64,000 bases of DNA from Eledone cirrhosa (GCA_964016885.1 OZ024740.1:308636001-308700000); one strand, 5' to 3'. Counted from the stretch's first letter, positions 12,441 to 26,279 are shown. Notes: generated by a model not told the origin, from the letters alone. Made by a program: numbers and translations.

Positions 12441-13209
12441 CTGTCTGTCTGTGTGTGTGTGCGTGTGTGTGTCTCTGTGTGTGTGTCTCTGTGTATGTGT
12501 AGTTCAGATTTGGTGCTAACTGTGTTTGTGTATGGGTCTTCTTCTGTAGAGTGCATTGAGTGCTGGTGTCAACATATAGGCTGCAGTATATGGTTTTTGT
12601 TGCATTATGTAGATTGCATGTGCTGTTATTTAATTTGTTTGTGATATACGTCATAAATACTTGTCTCTAGGGATACTTTACCTGATTTTCTCAACTGTTG
12701 TTTATAGTCATCAACTATTATTTTGGTAATTTCTGGGTTGGGATGACTATATTTCATATTTCTAATTTCCCCAATACTTTTTAGAGTATACATAACACAG
12801 AAATCCCACAGTACAGCATACTTAGAATGTGATGTAATTAAGACATAAATGGGTGTGATGCATATACAGTAGACTCCATGATGTAACTTGATTTGTTTAT
12901 TTATACATCTAATGAATTTAGTGCATGTATGTGGACATGTGTATGTGGGCATATGTATGTGTGTATGTTTGCATCTGTATGATTGCATATATGTATGTTT
13001 TCATGTGCATGTATACATGTGTATGTGTGCATGTCTGCATGTGTATGTGTATATGTGCATGTGTATAATGTGGGTATATTATATTGAGGTGCATCTGTGA
13101 ATGCATTTATATCTGATGTGTATATATGAGTATATTGATGTGTGCATATATATTTATATTTGATGTATTAGTATGTATGTGTTTTTGTAGTGCATATGTG
13201 AATAATATA

Positions 13210-13935
13210 CAGTGGGCTGGATTTTTTAGAGTAGAATGAAGCTTCCCAATTGTGAATATTCATTGTGGTAAAAAAAACAACAATATAGTTGTAGGAAGAT
13301 GCTGCTCTTTTTTCTTGACTCTGTCAAAAAACTATTGCAGTGGTTCTAGATCAGCTGTGATCACATGGGTGATACAAAGACTTTGTTTTATCAAAGGGTC
13401 GTGCAATTTATTTCATATCTTTTAAAACTTGGGCCTTTTGTGAAAATTACTGTGAACATATTTAGAGTCTGCAGTGATGGGTGAGCCCCCATCATCTTCA
13501 GCTTCTTCCTCTTCTAGCGATGATTTCAGCAGTTCTTTCAGGTCTTCATCTGTAAGGATTTCCTGAGGCTCTTTGATGTGTTTTACGATGTCTTCCTTGA
13601 TCATATTACAGAGGCTTTCCCCACTAACTTCCCTGGTTACCTGTACAATCTCCTTCATTCCTCATTTGAGTGTAGAGAAGCTCTAAAAATCATTGACTGT
13701 CTCATTCTGCAATGCCTTAATTTGACTTAGCATCAAGTGCAGTATGAATCCTGGCAAAAGTAAAATGGGTGCATATCACCTTCTCACACTTCAGGAGGCT
13801 TTGATCACATGGTTTCCAATTGATCCAACACTTGCAACATCTATTGAAGATATAGCAATTCTCCAGCCCTCTTAGGTTTTTCACTGCTGCCTTTTTCCAC
13901 CTATCTATTTTTGGAAGCCATTCCTTACCCAAAAG
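13210..13935 (-). mobile_element. Tigger/pogo-like DNA transposon relic (transposase C-terminus)
   Basis: EIVQVTREVSGESLCNMIKEDIVKHI...EILTDEDLKELL plus acidic run and FDRVKKKEQHLPTT tail. TA|CAGTGG terminus at 13208-13215; many stops. Confidence 0.65.
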
Positions 13936-14004
13936 AGTAACACACCCATATGTAATACAATTAACAAATTCTACAAATACAACCTGTGTTGCAAAGAAAT
14001 AAGC

Positions 14005-14206
14005 AACTCTATATTTACTATTGTATTTTCATGGTAAAGGCTTTATCTCACGTAATTATCTCGCATAATATCGAATCTATGAGATTTTGATATTATTTAT
14101 TTTGAGAACAATACCTGAACATCAGTATGAGTGGCCAGTTACAGCTGGTTTGAACAGAAAGGGGTGAGAGAATTCTGGTCAGATACAACCCGTTTAAATG
14201 CTGAAA
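14005..14206 (-). mobile_element. piggyBac-like MITE, partial copy
   Basis: Reverse-complement match to the 24729 and 43106 copies. Confidence 0.7.
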
Positions 14207-14412
14207 AAAATTATAGCAGAATAGGTTAGAATTTCTCCTATACTGGATGCAGTTCCATGTGGAAGAGGATGTTGAGAGTTTTACAGTTTTTTGTAAATTT
14301 AAACAAATATTTTCTAATAGTATATGCTCAAAACCGCACTATTTAAAACTGTCTTAAATGGGAGCCCACTGTATATGTCTATATATGCATACATACATGT
14401 ATGTGTATATAA

Positions 14413-14640
14413 TTCAGCTGTAAAAATTAGTTGCGACATCACTGGTGCCAAGCTGTATCGGCCATTGCCTTTTCCTTGGACAACATCGGTGTTGTGGAGA
14501 GAGGAGGCTGGGATGCATGGGCAACTGCTGGTCTTCCACAAACAACCTTGCCTGGACTTGTGCCTCAGAAAGGAACTTTCTAAGTACAAATCCCATGGTC
14601 ATTCATGACCGAAGGGGGCGAGGATCTTTACCCTTAACCT
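14413..14640 (+). mobile_element. Family-D SINE 3' part
   Basis: cactggtgccaagctgtatc...ttggacaac...aaggaactttc...cccatggt, shared with 4690-4870. Confidence 0.65.
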
Positions 14641-14716
14641 TTATATATATATTTATGGTAGCGTGGAAGATGGACGTTAAACGAAGAGGATGATGATGAT
14701 ATAGCGAGAGATTTGA

Positions 14717-14867
14717 TTCCACAACAAATTAGCAAACTATACTTGAGGATGTGCATTTCACCCAATGCATTCTCAACACATACTGTGTCTTCCAATCTGA
14801 ACTTGAGTTGAGGAGCCATTAGATGAAATGCAGGACCCCGAGTATGGTTTGCTAATTTGTTGTAGAA
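14717..14867. mobile_element. Foldback MITE-like element, about 51-bp imperfect inverted arms
   Basis: ttccacaacaaattagcaaactatacttgagg...gcatttca versus tgaaatgc...cccgagtatggtttgctaatttgttgtagaa. Confidence 0.7.
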
Positions 14868-15445
14868 CTAACTATAGACTGAGTGCTCTCTTACTGCAGA
14901 TATGGCCACCCGGTTTTTTACCACTATATATATATATATTTATGTTATGTATGTTAAAGTCTATGTCTGTGTCATGAGTATATTTCTATTATTGCATGTG
15001 CGTATTTATATGTAGACTCTATGTGTGCTTGTTATACATATAGGTTTTATAGATTTTTTCATACTGTCTTCCAATTTGAACACTTTTATTCTCTCTACAT
15101 ACAACACACACCCACACAGCAGTTGCAAACAGCCAGTCAATGAAATTTGTATTACAACAGCCTTTATTGATGTAAAATAAAACATAATACACCCCCCACC
15201 CACCCCCACCCCACACCCACCCACACATGAACACAGGCTGTCTGATGAGCCTACACCTAGAGTCCATCAGGTTTTGGACAATTATTGACAGTAAGATTAG
15301 TTGCTATTGTATTGCTCAACCATCAATACCTCTCCTAACACTTGTGAAATGGTTTGGTCATAAAACATTGTAGTTCTCTGGTGAACTTCTATTTTTGATT
15401 CTGACACTTGCTACTATTAATATCATATCTTTAATATAGATCAAT

Positions 15446-15515
<70 letters not shown>

Positions 15516-16527
15516 GTATTAATAAATATCAAACTCGTCAAACATATTTCTCAGCTGCTGAAGCCCTGGTGGTTTATCCACAGGTTATATTTTCACACTG
15601 AGATTAAATATATGTTTATTAATATATTGTGTGTGAATTTTCATATACACATTTATTCATAATCCATCCTGTGATTGTACTTTTACTATTATATATATAT
15701 ACTATTGTACTACTACTAGCATATATAAAGCATGACAAGGTGTGTGTGTGTGTGTCTTGCAAGAGTGATTGATGTTTTTGCCTTTGTTTAAGGCTCAATC
15801 CCTAACTCTCCCAAAGTTCCCAGGAATATAGCAGAGTGGGTTTGTAGGTGGACATAAAGTGCTTTTATAGGGGAGTGTCTGGTGAAATCAATGCATGCTC
15901 CCCATCATACATATAGCTCTCCTCACTCTCGTATCATCTACCCACTCTTATCAAGAGGGGTTTTTCATTCTTTTTCAGTGTTCTCTTTAATTTCTCATGT
16001 AAAACCTGCCACCCCACCTTGATTTTACCTTAGCTCCACCCCACATCCCTTTTGGATTGAAAGGCTAGAAAAGAAGAGGGTTATTTTGTTTTGGGAAGCT
16101 ATTCATATCTGAGAGCAGCTTGGAGGCTGCTGTGGTGGTGGTGGTGGTGATGGTGATGTTGGTGGTATGTTGTCATGGGGGAGTGAAAAGTGTTTAGATG
16201 GTGATGGAAGGATGAGAGTATAGGGTGGAAAGAAATGCATGAAGTAGGGGAGAAGTATTGCATCTGTTTAAATATTGATAGAGAAAGAGAGAGAGGAAGA
16301 AAAAGAGAGGGAGAAGTGGAGGAAGGGGCAAAAGCAGCTAGGATATATATCTTTGGTTAATTAGCTTATGGCAAATGTAAAAAGCTATATCATTCCAGGG
16401 TGGAAGAGAGAATATACCTCTTTAGAGAAACTATTCTATCTAATAAGGGTATCAGTTAACACTTCTGTGGTCTAAAACTGGGTATCAGGTAGCAATGGTG
16501 TTTACTAGTATTTGTTTAACTATTTAT

Positions 16528-16993
16528 CATCATCATCATCGTTTAACGGCCATTTTTCCCCATGCTAGCATGGGTTAAACAAGCTATGCCATTGTGAGAC
16601 AAGCCAGGTCAGAAGACTTTTACTCACACAAAACTGATTTGGGCCTGATTTCTACAGCTGGATGCCCTTCCTAACACCAGCTATATTTACAGTGTGGACT
16701 GGGTGGTTTTTGTTGTGACACCTACATGACCACTTTACTGTGTGTACTGGGTGCTTTTTGTTGTGATACCTACATGACCACTTTACAGTGTGTACTGGGT
16801 GCTTTTTGTTGTGACACCTACATGACTACTTTACTGTGTGTACTGGGTGCTTTTTGTTGTGACACCTACATGACCACTTTACAGTGTGTACTGGGTGCTT
16901 TTTGTTGTGACACACTTACATGACTACTTTACAGTGTGTACTGGGTGTTTTTTGTTGTGGCACATACACGATCACTTTACAGTGTGGACTGGG
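16528..16993 (-). mobile_element. Family-B SINE carrying about 6 units of an internal 48-bp VNTR
   Basis: Unit tttacagtgtgtactgggtgctttttgttgtgacacctacatgaccac, adjoining the ggatgcccttcctaacacc motif and (CAT)n. Confidence 0.85.
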
Positions 16994-18112
16994 CTTTAAA
17001 AAATAAATTTGTCTTTCCTATTGGAAATGTTGTTTGTATATTGTAACAGCTTGCATCTGTTTAGGTATATGGGTGTGTGGATTGACTACATTGCTTATTT
17101 AATTTAATAGTATTTTGTGCACATGGATTGGCAGAATATAATAGTGAGAATACCAAAATACCTTACATTCTAAGTTCAAATCCTGATGAGGTAAACTTTG
17201 TCATCTATCCTTCCAGGCTCAATAAAAAACGTACAGTAATCTACTGGTGTAAAGCTGTGTCCTTTCCACAAAATGTCTGTTCATATGTTAATGTCAGAAA
17301 TCAATATTATGAACAATAGAATTACATAGAAAATTATTGGTGGAATCAGTGTTGAACACAAATTCCATGTACGGTAGTATTTAATTGTGTCATTTTATAT
17401 TCTGATTTCAAATCCTGACAAAGTTAACTTTAACTTGTATTTTTCTGACGTTAATAAATAGCAACAGTCAAGTACTGGGATTGATTTCATTTACTCTACC
17501 TACCTCCCAAATGTGGCCTTGTGCCTATGTCAGAAATTTATATTAATTAATCCTTTTCATACCAACCCACCCAAAACCCTCTGAGGTTCTATAAAACAAG
17601 ACCACTCTATTTAAATTAAAAAGTTTCTATTTAAATTAAAATCTTTCAGCATAATTTTATATGAGCCATATTTTAGAAAGTAAATATTGAATAATTTTAG
17701 GAAATCCCTCAAAATTCTTTAATTAAATGAAATAAAGTGCAGTACAGTAGAAATGAATCATGAAATGGTTAATATTATAGCATTAGGGTGGTACTGATGT
17801 TGTCATCATCTATTGACTACAACTTGTACTTGCATAAGATATGATGAGAGATAGATATTCATATTATTGAGGACTTTCCAAATAAGGTCTCTATACAGTC
17901 TTGAATCAGTATAAGAAATTACTAATAATAGCTATGCAGCATTACATAAGACTGGATCTTGAATTTACTTGTATCACGTTTCTATAAGTCTTTGCAAGTG
18001 TTCTTTGGTTTTGGTATAATTTTCTTGATGTAAACCTACTAGTGTAATAACTTCAAATTGCTATGGTAAAATTGGGCTTGTTAACAGGGGACTGTAGGAC
18101 ACTACGTGGCAC

Positions 18113-18394
18113 TGCCCACTCCCCCCACCACACCTTTCAATGGTGCACCTTCAGGTTTAGAAAAGAGAATTTATAAGAAATGTCCTGAAATGCATTCCTT
18201 GAATTACAGTGCCCACCTATAACATTCTGAAGCACCTTCCCATCCCTGAACATTGCCCACTCCCCCCACCACACCTTTCAATGGTGCACCTTCAGGTTTA
18301 GAAAAGAGAATTTATAAGAAATGTCCTGAAATGCATTCCTTGAATTACAGTGCCCACCTATAACATTCTGAAGCACCTTCCCATCCCTGAACAT
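18113..18394. repeat. Exact 141-bp tandem duplication
   Basis: 18113-18253 reads identical to 18254-18394. Confidence 0.95.
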
Positions 18395-19976
18395 CGACGC
18401 CCTAAACATCAAAGCCTGGCAACTGGTTGAGTAAAATACAGACTTTTTTTTAAATCCTGTGGAAATATGGTTGGACTTGGTGAATAAAAGGTTCTACTGT
18501 TTCAAACAATGAGTTTGTTGTTTATGTCAATTGCTTTCTTTTAACATTTTATGCTATTGTAACTGATTGAGTTACGGCTTATCTAGGCTGGTTACTTACT
18601 TTAATAGTTTAGATCCTTTTAACTATGACCATAGGTTGGTAGCTGTCTAAGTTAGTTGGTATGAAAAACATTTATTTCTTTAACCCCCACCATTCTGATG
18701 TAGTGTACTCTTCTAGTGTACTATACTCTCATCAGCCCTGGATTTTCCATTAAGCAAAATAAGCTTAGGGTTTCAAGCAAAAAGGTGCCTCAAAATAATC
18801 AAAAGGCTTATATGTTTTCATTTCTTGTGAGACCTGCTGTAATTTTTTTAACGAGGTGCCTCCAAGCTTTATAATAGGTAGAGCTTTACCATGTTTTAAT
18901 CCACCACTGTCATCTTACATGCATTGCTATACTCTACAAATGCACTACTGCACTGCAATATTAAACTGCTATACCTCATTGCCACCCCACACTCCTGCAT
19001 AAACCTGCCACACCATATGGCAGTTTATATTTCAAATCTATCTCAACATATTTTCCCACACCAACATGCTGTATCCCACTATAACAATACCTACAAACCA
19101 ACATGCTAACACTTGACTTGCTAGACTTGACAACTAAACCTCCCTCAGATCACACTCTGCTGCTTTAAAAAAAAAAGTATATTAGATAATATAATTCATG
19201 ATATACAAGTCATGATATAAAAGTCAGGATTGTCTCAGTTGGAATTGCTTTCCTCATATGTCCTAACAACAACCATACCACTTTGCCATACTACTGTTCT
19301 GCCACCTAACCTAGCATGCTACTATCCTATACAGCAAGCTGACAAAGATACCTCTAAGTAGTTGCTCAACCTGCTAGAAATAATAGCCAAATTCCCTGAA
19401 AGCCCACACTACAGGCTTAAATAAAGAAAGGTCATGCTGGCCAATGTCCTTTCTTATGGTTGGAATACTTTTGTTCATAGGACTTCTCAATCCAACACAA
19501 CCTGGAATTAAAGAAGAATAGCAATCATAGACATGATTGGAGTAAAAGATTATTTGTAAGGTTCAACCCCTATTCAGGTATCAGCAGCATTCTTCCCATT
19601 TCCACCCCTAAAGTTACCTTTTCTATTTAAAATCACTTATTTTGAGAAGCCATCAAGCTGGTTTCTCATTTTAGGGCCCCCCACCACGAGTGCAGGGTTG
19701 TATTCTGTAGAGCATGTCTTACCATACTCTACATACATGATGCAGTAACACTACACATAGTTACCCCACTGTGTGGTAATCAATCTACAACTGGAGAACA
19801 GTTAAAGGGTAGATGTTTCTCCTATAAGGGGTCATGCTTCAACAATTGAAGTATGTGTGGGAGTATGGGTCCTTGGTTTCCTCACATCTCGTTGCTGCAC
19901 TTCCAACAGTTTCATACTATCACATGTCTCAGGAACTGGTGCTGTCTGACTTTCTAGCATTTCAGTATCCCCCCTC

Positions 19977-19979
<3 letters not shown>

Positions 19980-20034
<55 letters not shown>

Positions 20035-20749
20035 CATGCACACCGCACACGCATACACACACATACACATACATGCATACACACACACACATACACACAC
20101 ACATACACATACACGCATACACATACACGCATACACACTCACGCATACACACACACTTACACACACACACACATACACACACACACATCATCTGCACCAC
20201 CACCATTTTCATTAAAATAGTCAACATCCTCAGCACCCCCTACACATCATCACCACCACCAACAGCACTATTATCACCATTGCTGCCGCCACCATCAGCA
20301 CTATCATCAATACCACTACATATGACACTCTACCATCTTAAAAAAGAGGGATACAGTGTATTTATACATACATACAAGCATACATACATACACGTATACG
20401 TACACGCACGCATGCATACATACACACACGCATACATACATACATACAAGCATACATACATACATAAAACTTTGTGAAATTATAAAACCAGAAGAACATA
20501 CATACATACACACACGCATACATACACACACGCATACGTACACGCACGCGTACATACACACACGCATACATACACACACGTATACGTACACGCACGCATG
20601 CATACATACACGCACGCATACATACATACACGCACACATACTCACGCATACATACATACACACGCATACACACACACACGCATACACACACACACATTAT
20701 TTCTAAAAAAAAGAAAAACAGGATGGGCATATCTAGAATGCCGTATACC

Positions 20750-20797
<48 letters not shown>
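19980..20797. repeat. (CT)n, (CA)/(TACA)n and (GT)n microsatellite cluster
   Basis: Direct inspection. Confidence 0.9.
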
Positions 20798-20800
<3 letters not shown>

Positions 20801-22254
20801 AGTACATTGAAAAGTAAACAAAAGTTTACTGAGGGTAAATCTAACCCATTAAGCCCCTTTCAGAAAGTTCTCATATAACAGTTCTTTTATGGTAGCAGCC
20901 ATAATTTTTTACTCAATGACTTTCCTTCCTACATTTTTTTAGTAGAATCTGATCCTGAATGAAAGTCGCCTTCTACACAATATTTCTACATCTGAGGTGT
21001 AGTAGGTCGTACTATGATTTAAACAAACAAACAAAAAGGAATTTTCATTTCTTTCTTCTTCATTTCTTTAGATTATTTGAGCCATTGTGCTTGTAGTTTT
21101 GTAGTTGATGACAGTGATGTTATTCTAAGAATGCTATTAACTCTCTTATCTGCAGCTGCAGTCTATTTGTGTAGGAAGCATTTCAAAGCTCTCTCAATTC
21201 AGCGACTGTCTTCAGTGATATGGCTCTTCAGTTTAGAAGTGTAATTTACATTATTTGACATAAATGTAAACAAATTTTTCAGAATTAAGGAGCAATTATC
21301 ACCAATGAAGCCACAAATTCTGTTTATTCAAGTTCATTTTAGTAAAACTTCAATATCTTAAATAACCCTGAATATCTTGCAAGTCATCAACAAATATTTT
21401 ACACATACAGCTTCAATCACTGAGGACCTGTTTGTCTTTTTATTAAAAATACTTTTGAATGTCTATTGGTACACTCTAAAAGCCAGTGTTATTCTATACA
21501 GTTCTATGATCTTATGCAGAAAGAGATGGCGAAGAGAGAGAGAGGGGGGTCTTGTTCTGGATAAAATACTGGTTTATCAGAATTAACAGTCACAGTTGAA
21601 TCTAGTGTTTGTTTCTGACAATTAAGTCAAATGAGCCAATACAGGTAGTGTAGAGTCTTTTGTCCAAATACACAATGAAATGACAACATATTTGAACTCA
21701 CAGCCAAATATATGAGCCAAATATTTTAAATACTGCGCCATCTTGCCTCTACTTCATTTGAGACTGAACAAAATTGGGCTCAATAGAGCCTTATTGTTAT
21801 TTACTCACAAGAAAACTCTGATTGAATCAATCCACAAGCACATCCATAAACATCTTATCTTTTTCTCAGACATGGTGTGTACAAAACTACATTATCCAAC
21901 ATGTATGGTAGGGTATGATTTGAGGAAAATTTGGTTGCTGTTACTAGCAGGTTACACAACAACTTAGAATCTCTCACTGTGCTGCACTGTTATTTAAGAC
22001 ACACCTCCCTATTTGCTTCAGTTTGATTAGCTGACAGCAAGTATGACACTTATTTCCTGGTTGAATGGTCCATATTAGACATGGAAGTAACTTCTGTATC
22101 CAACAATTCATATAGAAATTGACAAATTTGCTATAAAAAAAGTGTTAGTTGTGAAAGTGTCAACTGAAAAAGTCTTTCCCATGGTCCCTCTCTTATGGAA
22201 CTTAATGGTTTCTGTTTATAGTTTAATTGACTAGGCTTTTCTCTACATACAATA

Positions 22255-22795
22255 TGATGGAAGAAGTTTAGAGAGCTACTCCAACTGTTGACAACAAAAG
22301 GTTTCTCCCAACGTTCAAAACGATGACTGTATGATTGATGCCTATGTGTAAAGCGTGATGCTGCATGGTAGTGAAACATGGGCTGTGACTGCAGAGGAGA
22401 TGCGTAGACTGGAGAGAAATGAAGCAACCATGCTTCATTGGATATGCAATGTAAATGTGAGAGAAAAGCAGAGCTTGGATGAGCTGAGGGAGAGGCTGGG
22501 TTTAAGAGGAATCCAAGATGGTGTGCAGGTGAGAAGAATATGTTGGTATGGATATATGATGAACATAGATAATGACCGATGGGTGAAGAAATCCCAGTAA
22601 ATCCCAGTGGAAGGAAGTCACAATAGAGGATGACCAAGACAGACCTGGGCAAAAGTTGTGAGAGCTGACCTAAAATCACTAAGACTGGCAGAGAAGGTGA
22701 CAAAGGAAAGCAATGAATGGTGAAATGCCATGCTGTGAAGGACCCATCCAACCCATGCAAGCGCCGAGAAATGGACATAAAAACGATGATGATGA
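22255..22795 (+). mobile_element. RTE-clade LINE 3' fragment with (GAT)n tail
   Basis: WKKFRELL..., MLHGSETWAVTAEEMRRLERNEATMLHWICNV..., ELRERLGLRGI...WYG; tail ccatccaacccatgcaagc...ggacataaaaacgatgatgatga. Confidence 0.9.
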
Positions 22796-22859
22796 CTTGT
22801 TGTTTTTGATTAAGTCAGTATACATAGAAACACTAAAACTGTTTACTGTGTTTCACTAA

Positions 22860-23470
22860 CATGTTTGTTGTGTCACTCTAACACTGCTGTGCCACACTAA
22901 TACTGCTGTGTCACACTAACACTGTCTACTGTGTCGCACTAACACTGTCTACTGTGTCACACTAACACTGTCTGCTGTGTCACACTAACACTGTCTTCTG
23001 TGTCACACTAACACTGGCTGTTGTGTCACACTAACACTGTCTAGTGTGTTGCACTAACACTGTCTGCTGTGTCGCACTAACACTGTCTGCTGTGTCGCAC
23101 TAACACTGTCTTCTGTGTCACACTAACACTGTCTAGTGTGTTACACTAACACAGATGCGGTGTCACACTAACACTGTCTGCTGTGTCATACTAATACTGT
23201 CTGATGTGTCACACTAACACTGTCTACTGTGTCACACTAACACTGTCTGCTGTGTCGCACTAACACTATCTGCTGTGTCACACTAACACTGGCTGTTGTG
23301 TCACACTAACACTGTCTTCTGTGTCACACTAACACTGTCTAGTGTGTTACACTAACACAGATGCGGTGTCACACTAACACTGTCTGCTGTGTCATACTAA
23401 TACTGTCTGATGTGTCACACTAACACAGATGCTGTGTCACACTAACACTGGCTGCTGTGTCACACTAATA
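22860..23470. repeat. 23-bp minisatellite with a higher-order duplicated block
   Basis: Unit ctaacactgtctgctgtgtcaca. A 5-unit variant block at about 23101-23220 recurs at about 23307-23426. Confidence 0.95.
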
Positions 23471-23548
23471 TTAAGTCTTTCTTCTTTGAAGATAACTTGA
23501 TAGATTCTTCTCCAAATTATATAACAATTACAACAATAATAATAACTT

Positions 23549-23812
23549 CATCACCATCATCATTTCACATCCATTTTCCACACTAGCATGGTTTAGACAA
23601 GTTGTCCCATTGTGAGACAAGCCAGGTCAGATGACCATGTCTTGCTCATACAGAGCTGATTTTGTCTTGGTTTCTATGGCTGGATGCCTTTCCTAACACC
23701 AACCACATTTCCAGTGTGTACTGGGTGCTTTTTGTCGTGACACCTTCATGACAACTTTACAGTGTGTACTGGGTGCTTTTTGTCATGACACCTACACAAC
23801 CACTTTATAGTA
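23549..23812 (-). mobile_element. Family-B SINE with 2-3 VNTR units
   Basis: Same motifs as the 16528 copy. Confidence 0.8.
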
Positions 23813-24011
23813 TGTCTGCCCACTTTTTACTTCAAAGTGTTCCAGCCGAGGTTGGATTTTGTATATTTTATTGTTTACTAAAGAGATTGCTGCATTAGTT
23901 CTTCCTTTCTAAGGGATGAGATACTGTCATCTTCCTTTGCACTAGTATTGCTTCACAAGTTATAAATCCCCCTCTGCCCATAACATTATTGACTCAAAGA
24001 TGGGAGACTCC

Positions 24012-24337
24012 ACCTATGCCTACAAAGTCAGAAAACAGCACAGCTCCCATGACTTTCAGAAACATTCTTTCACACTCAGTGTTGCTGAAGCATGGAACAA
24101 GCTACCTGCATCAGTTGTTAGCTGCCGAGGCACTGCATCCTTTAAAACCTCTATGCTTCCTGAAATTTTCCAACACAACACCTGATATTCCCCCTCTATA
24201 CACACGTATGCATGTATCTCTGTATATATCATGACTCATAACTGTTCACTTTCCTGACATTTGTACATTATTCTATGCACCTTTGATGAGTTGTAGTGCA
24301 CCTGAGCACTGTACACAATAGTTTCGTTATTATTATT
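24012..24337 (+). mobile_element. CR1/L2-type LINE 3' end with (ATT)n tail
   Basis: AYKVRKQHSSHDFQKHSFTLSVAEAWNKLPASVVSCRGTASFK fits the FF..RV...WN.LP..VV....SFK ORF2 terminus, followed by a short 3' UTR. Confidence 0.8.
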
Positions 24338-24530
24338 GTGGATTGGCAGTATCGGTAGAGGGTCAGACGCCATGCTTTGCAGCATAGAGTTACTGCCCTT
24401 TATGGTCTGAGTTCAAATCCCGCCGAAGTTAACTTTGTCCTTACAGGGTCGATAAAATAAAGTACCAGAAATGCACTGGGATAATTGCTGGCCTTGTGCC
24501 AAAAGTAGAAACAATTATTATTATTATTAT
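24338..24530 (+). mobile_element. Family-A SINE, near full length
   Basis: ggattggcagtatcggtagag...ctgagttcaaatcccgcc...gaaacaattattatt. Confidence 0.85.
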
Positions 24531-24728
24531 AACTATAACAACTACACAATAATATTGTCTGCCTAAAGTGAATACCAATTCTACTCCAGTAACTCTCTAC
24601 TCCCACCTGACCAAAGCAATGATTAAGATGTAGCTGTTCCCTTCTCTTTTCTCATTTCAAAAACATTTACTTCCAAAATGACACAGAGGCAGTTCTCTAT
24701 AATGGATGCTTCCTTTCTTTCCCCTTAA

Positions 24729-24937
24729 CCCTTTTAGCATTTAAACCAGCTGTATCTCGCTAGAATTCTCTCACCTCATTCTGTTTAAACTGGCCCTAAC
24801 CAGTTGCCCATACTTATGTTAAGGTATTGTTCTCAAAATAGATAATATCTAAATCTCGCAGATTCGATATTATGGGAGGTAAAGTGTTTACCGTGAAAAT
24901 ACAATAGTAAATATAGAGTAATGTAAATGCTAAAGGG
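24729..24937 (+). mobile_element. piggyBac-like MITE (uninterrupted copy)
   Basis: TTAA|cccttttagcattt ... aaatgctaaaggg|TTAG terminal inverted repeats. Confidence 0.8.
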
Positions 24938-25049
24938 TTAGATAACATTACTTGACCAAGGACAAATGTTATACCATCAATTGCCACCCAATAAAATTTA
25001 ACTCTGTCGATGAATGTGCTCTTTCTCTCAATGCATTGAAACACTGAAA

Positions 25050-25740
25050 CAAGTATTTTAAGGCCATTTCCCTGCTGATGCAGGGGTCAACCTTGTAGGC
25101 CCCATGACAAGCTTCTCCATTTCCCCCTATCATCTCCATCTCCCTCACCAATCCCCTGGCTTTTATTTCCTCCTCTATCATTTTTAATCGTGTCTTTCTT
25201 GGTCTTCCCTTTCTTCTACTTTCTTCCATATTCATTTCTGTTACACCTCTCACCCAGTAACTTTCATCCTTCCTCAACACATGACCCAACCATCTCATTA
25301 TATTTCTCTTCACAACATCTATTACTGGTTCTATAGCCATCTGTCTCTTTTAGTGATACTCCATTCATACACTAGACCATTTTTATTTCCATTTTTTCCA
25401 GCTTCCTCTGTTGCTCCTTGTTCATCACCATGTCTCACTCCCATAAACCATGCTACTTATCACACATGCAGTATACACCATTCTCTTCAGTTTCAGTGTC
25501 ACTCTCATCCTCATTAGCACAGCAATCAGTTCTCACTTTATATATGCACATCTCACTTTAAATACAGTTGCCAGGAATACCCACCCCCTCCATTCAACAT
25601 GTCTCCGAAGTAACAAAACATTTTCACGCCATTCCCAAAATCCAGCTCAACATTCTCTCCATCTGTAGCTCCATCCATACACACTTTGCACTTAAATGTT
25701 AGCTGTCACATTATTTAATAATCTCTCCTACAACATAATC
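25050..25740 (-). mobile_element. RTE-clade LINE 3' fragment, degenerate
   Basis: MRWLGHVLRKDESYWVRGVTEMNMEESRRKGRPRKT. Confidence 0.8.
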
Positions 25741-25828
25741 TTTTAAGGGTCTGTAATTTAAATGAAGTTCTGCAAAAAGAGGCAGCTACATCACCATAGC
25801 ACTCATACTAAGCATGTGATACTTGATG

Positions 25829-26279
25829 TACTCTCGGCTCTCGATTAATCCTTCCTCCGCTTATTAAATTTCCAGATATTTTCTAACCCCACCCCCACTC
25901 TTATTCCACCCCGACCCCGTACTTATTAAATTTTGCTAATCTATCTCCGGCAAAATTTTATTTTAAGTGGTAGCATTCCTGCAACAATTAATTTTCTTTA
26001 GACATTAAAAAACATTAAACATGACAAAAATGTGCATTACTAGAAATCCCATACGTTATAAAATAAATAGGATGGGTTGGGATCTCCATATGTAAACTAA
26101 ACGACTAATTCTGGTTTTTAAGAAAATCCACGGAGACGACCTAGAAAAATTACTGATTTTCCGCACACACATACCCCTTATTCTACCACCCCACCATGCT
26201 GCTTACCCCCCCCCCCCCCCCACACGCACACACACTTATTCCAACCCCTACCTCCCCTATTAATATGGACCCAAGAATA
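25829..26279. mobile_element. MITE-like element with tactctcgg / cccaagaata ends; partial copy at about 12090-12327
   Basis: Shared internal gacaacctagaaaaatcactgatt and terminal cccgagagta between the two loci. Confidence 0.5.

Noticed and set aside
16686-16993. CRISPR-like appearance of regular repeats (also 22860-23470 and 31447-32355)
   Set aside because: Contiguous tandem units without unique spacers, no cas genes, eukaryotic context.
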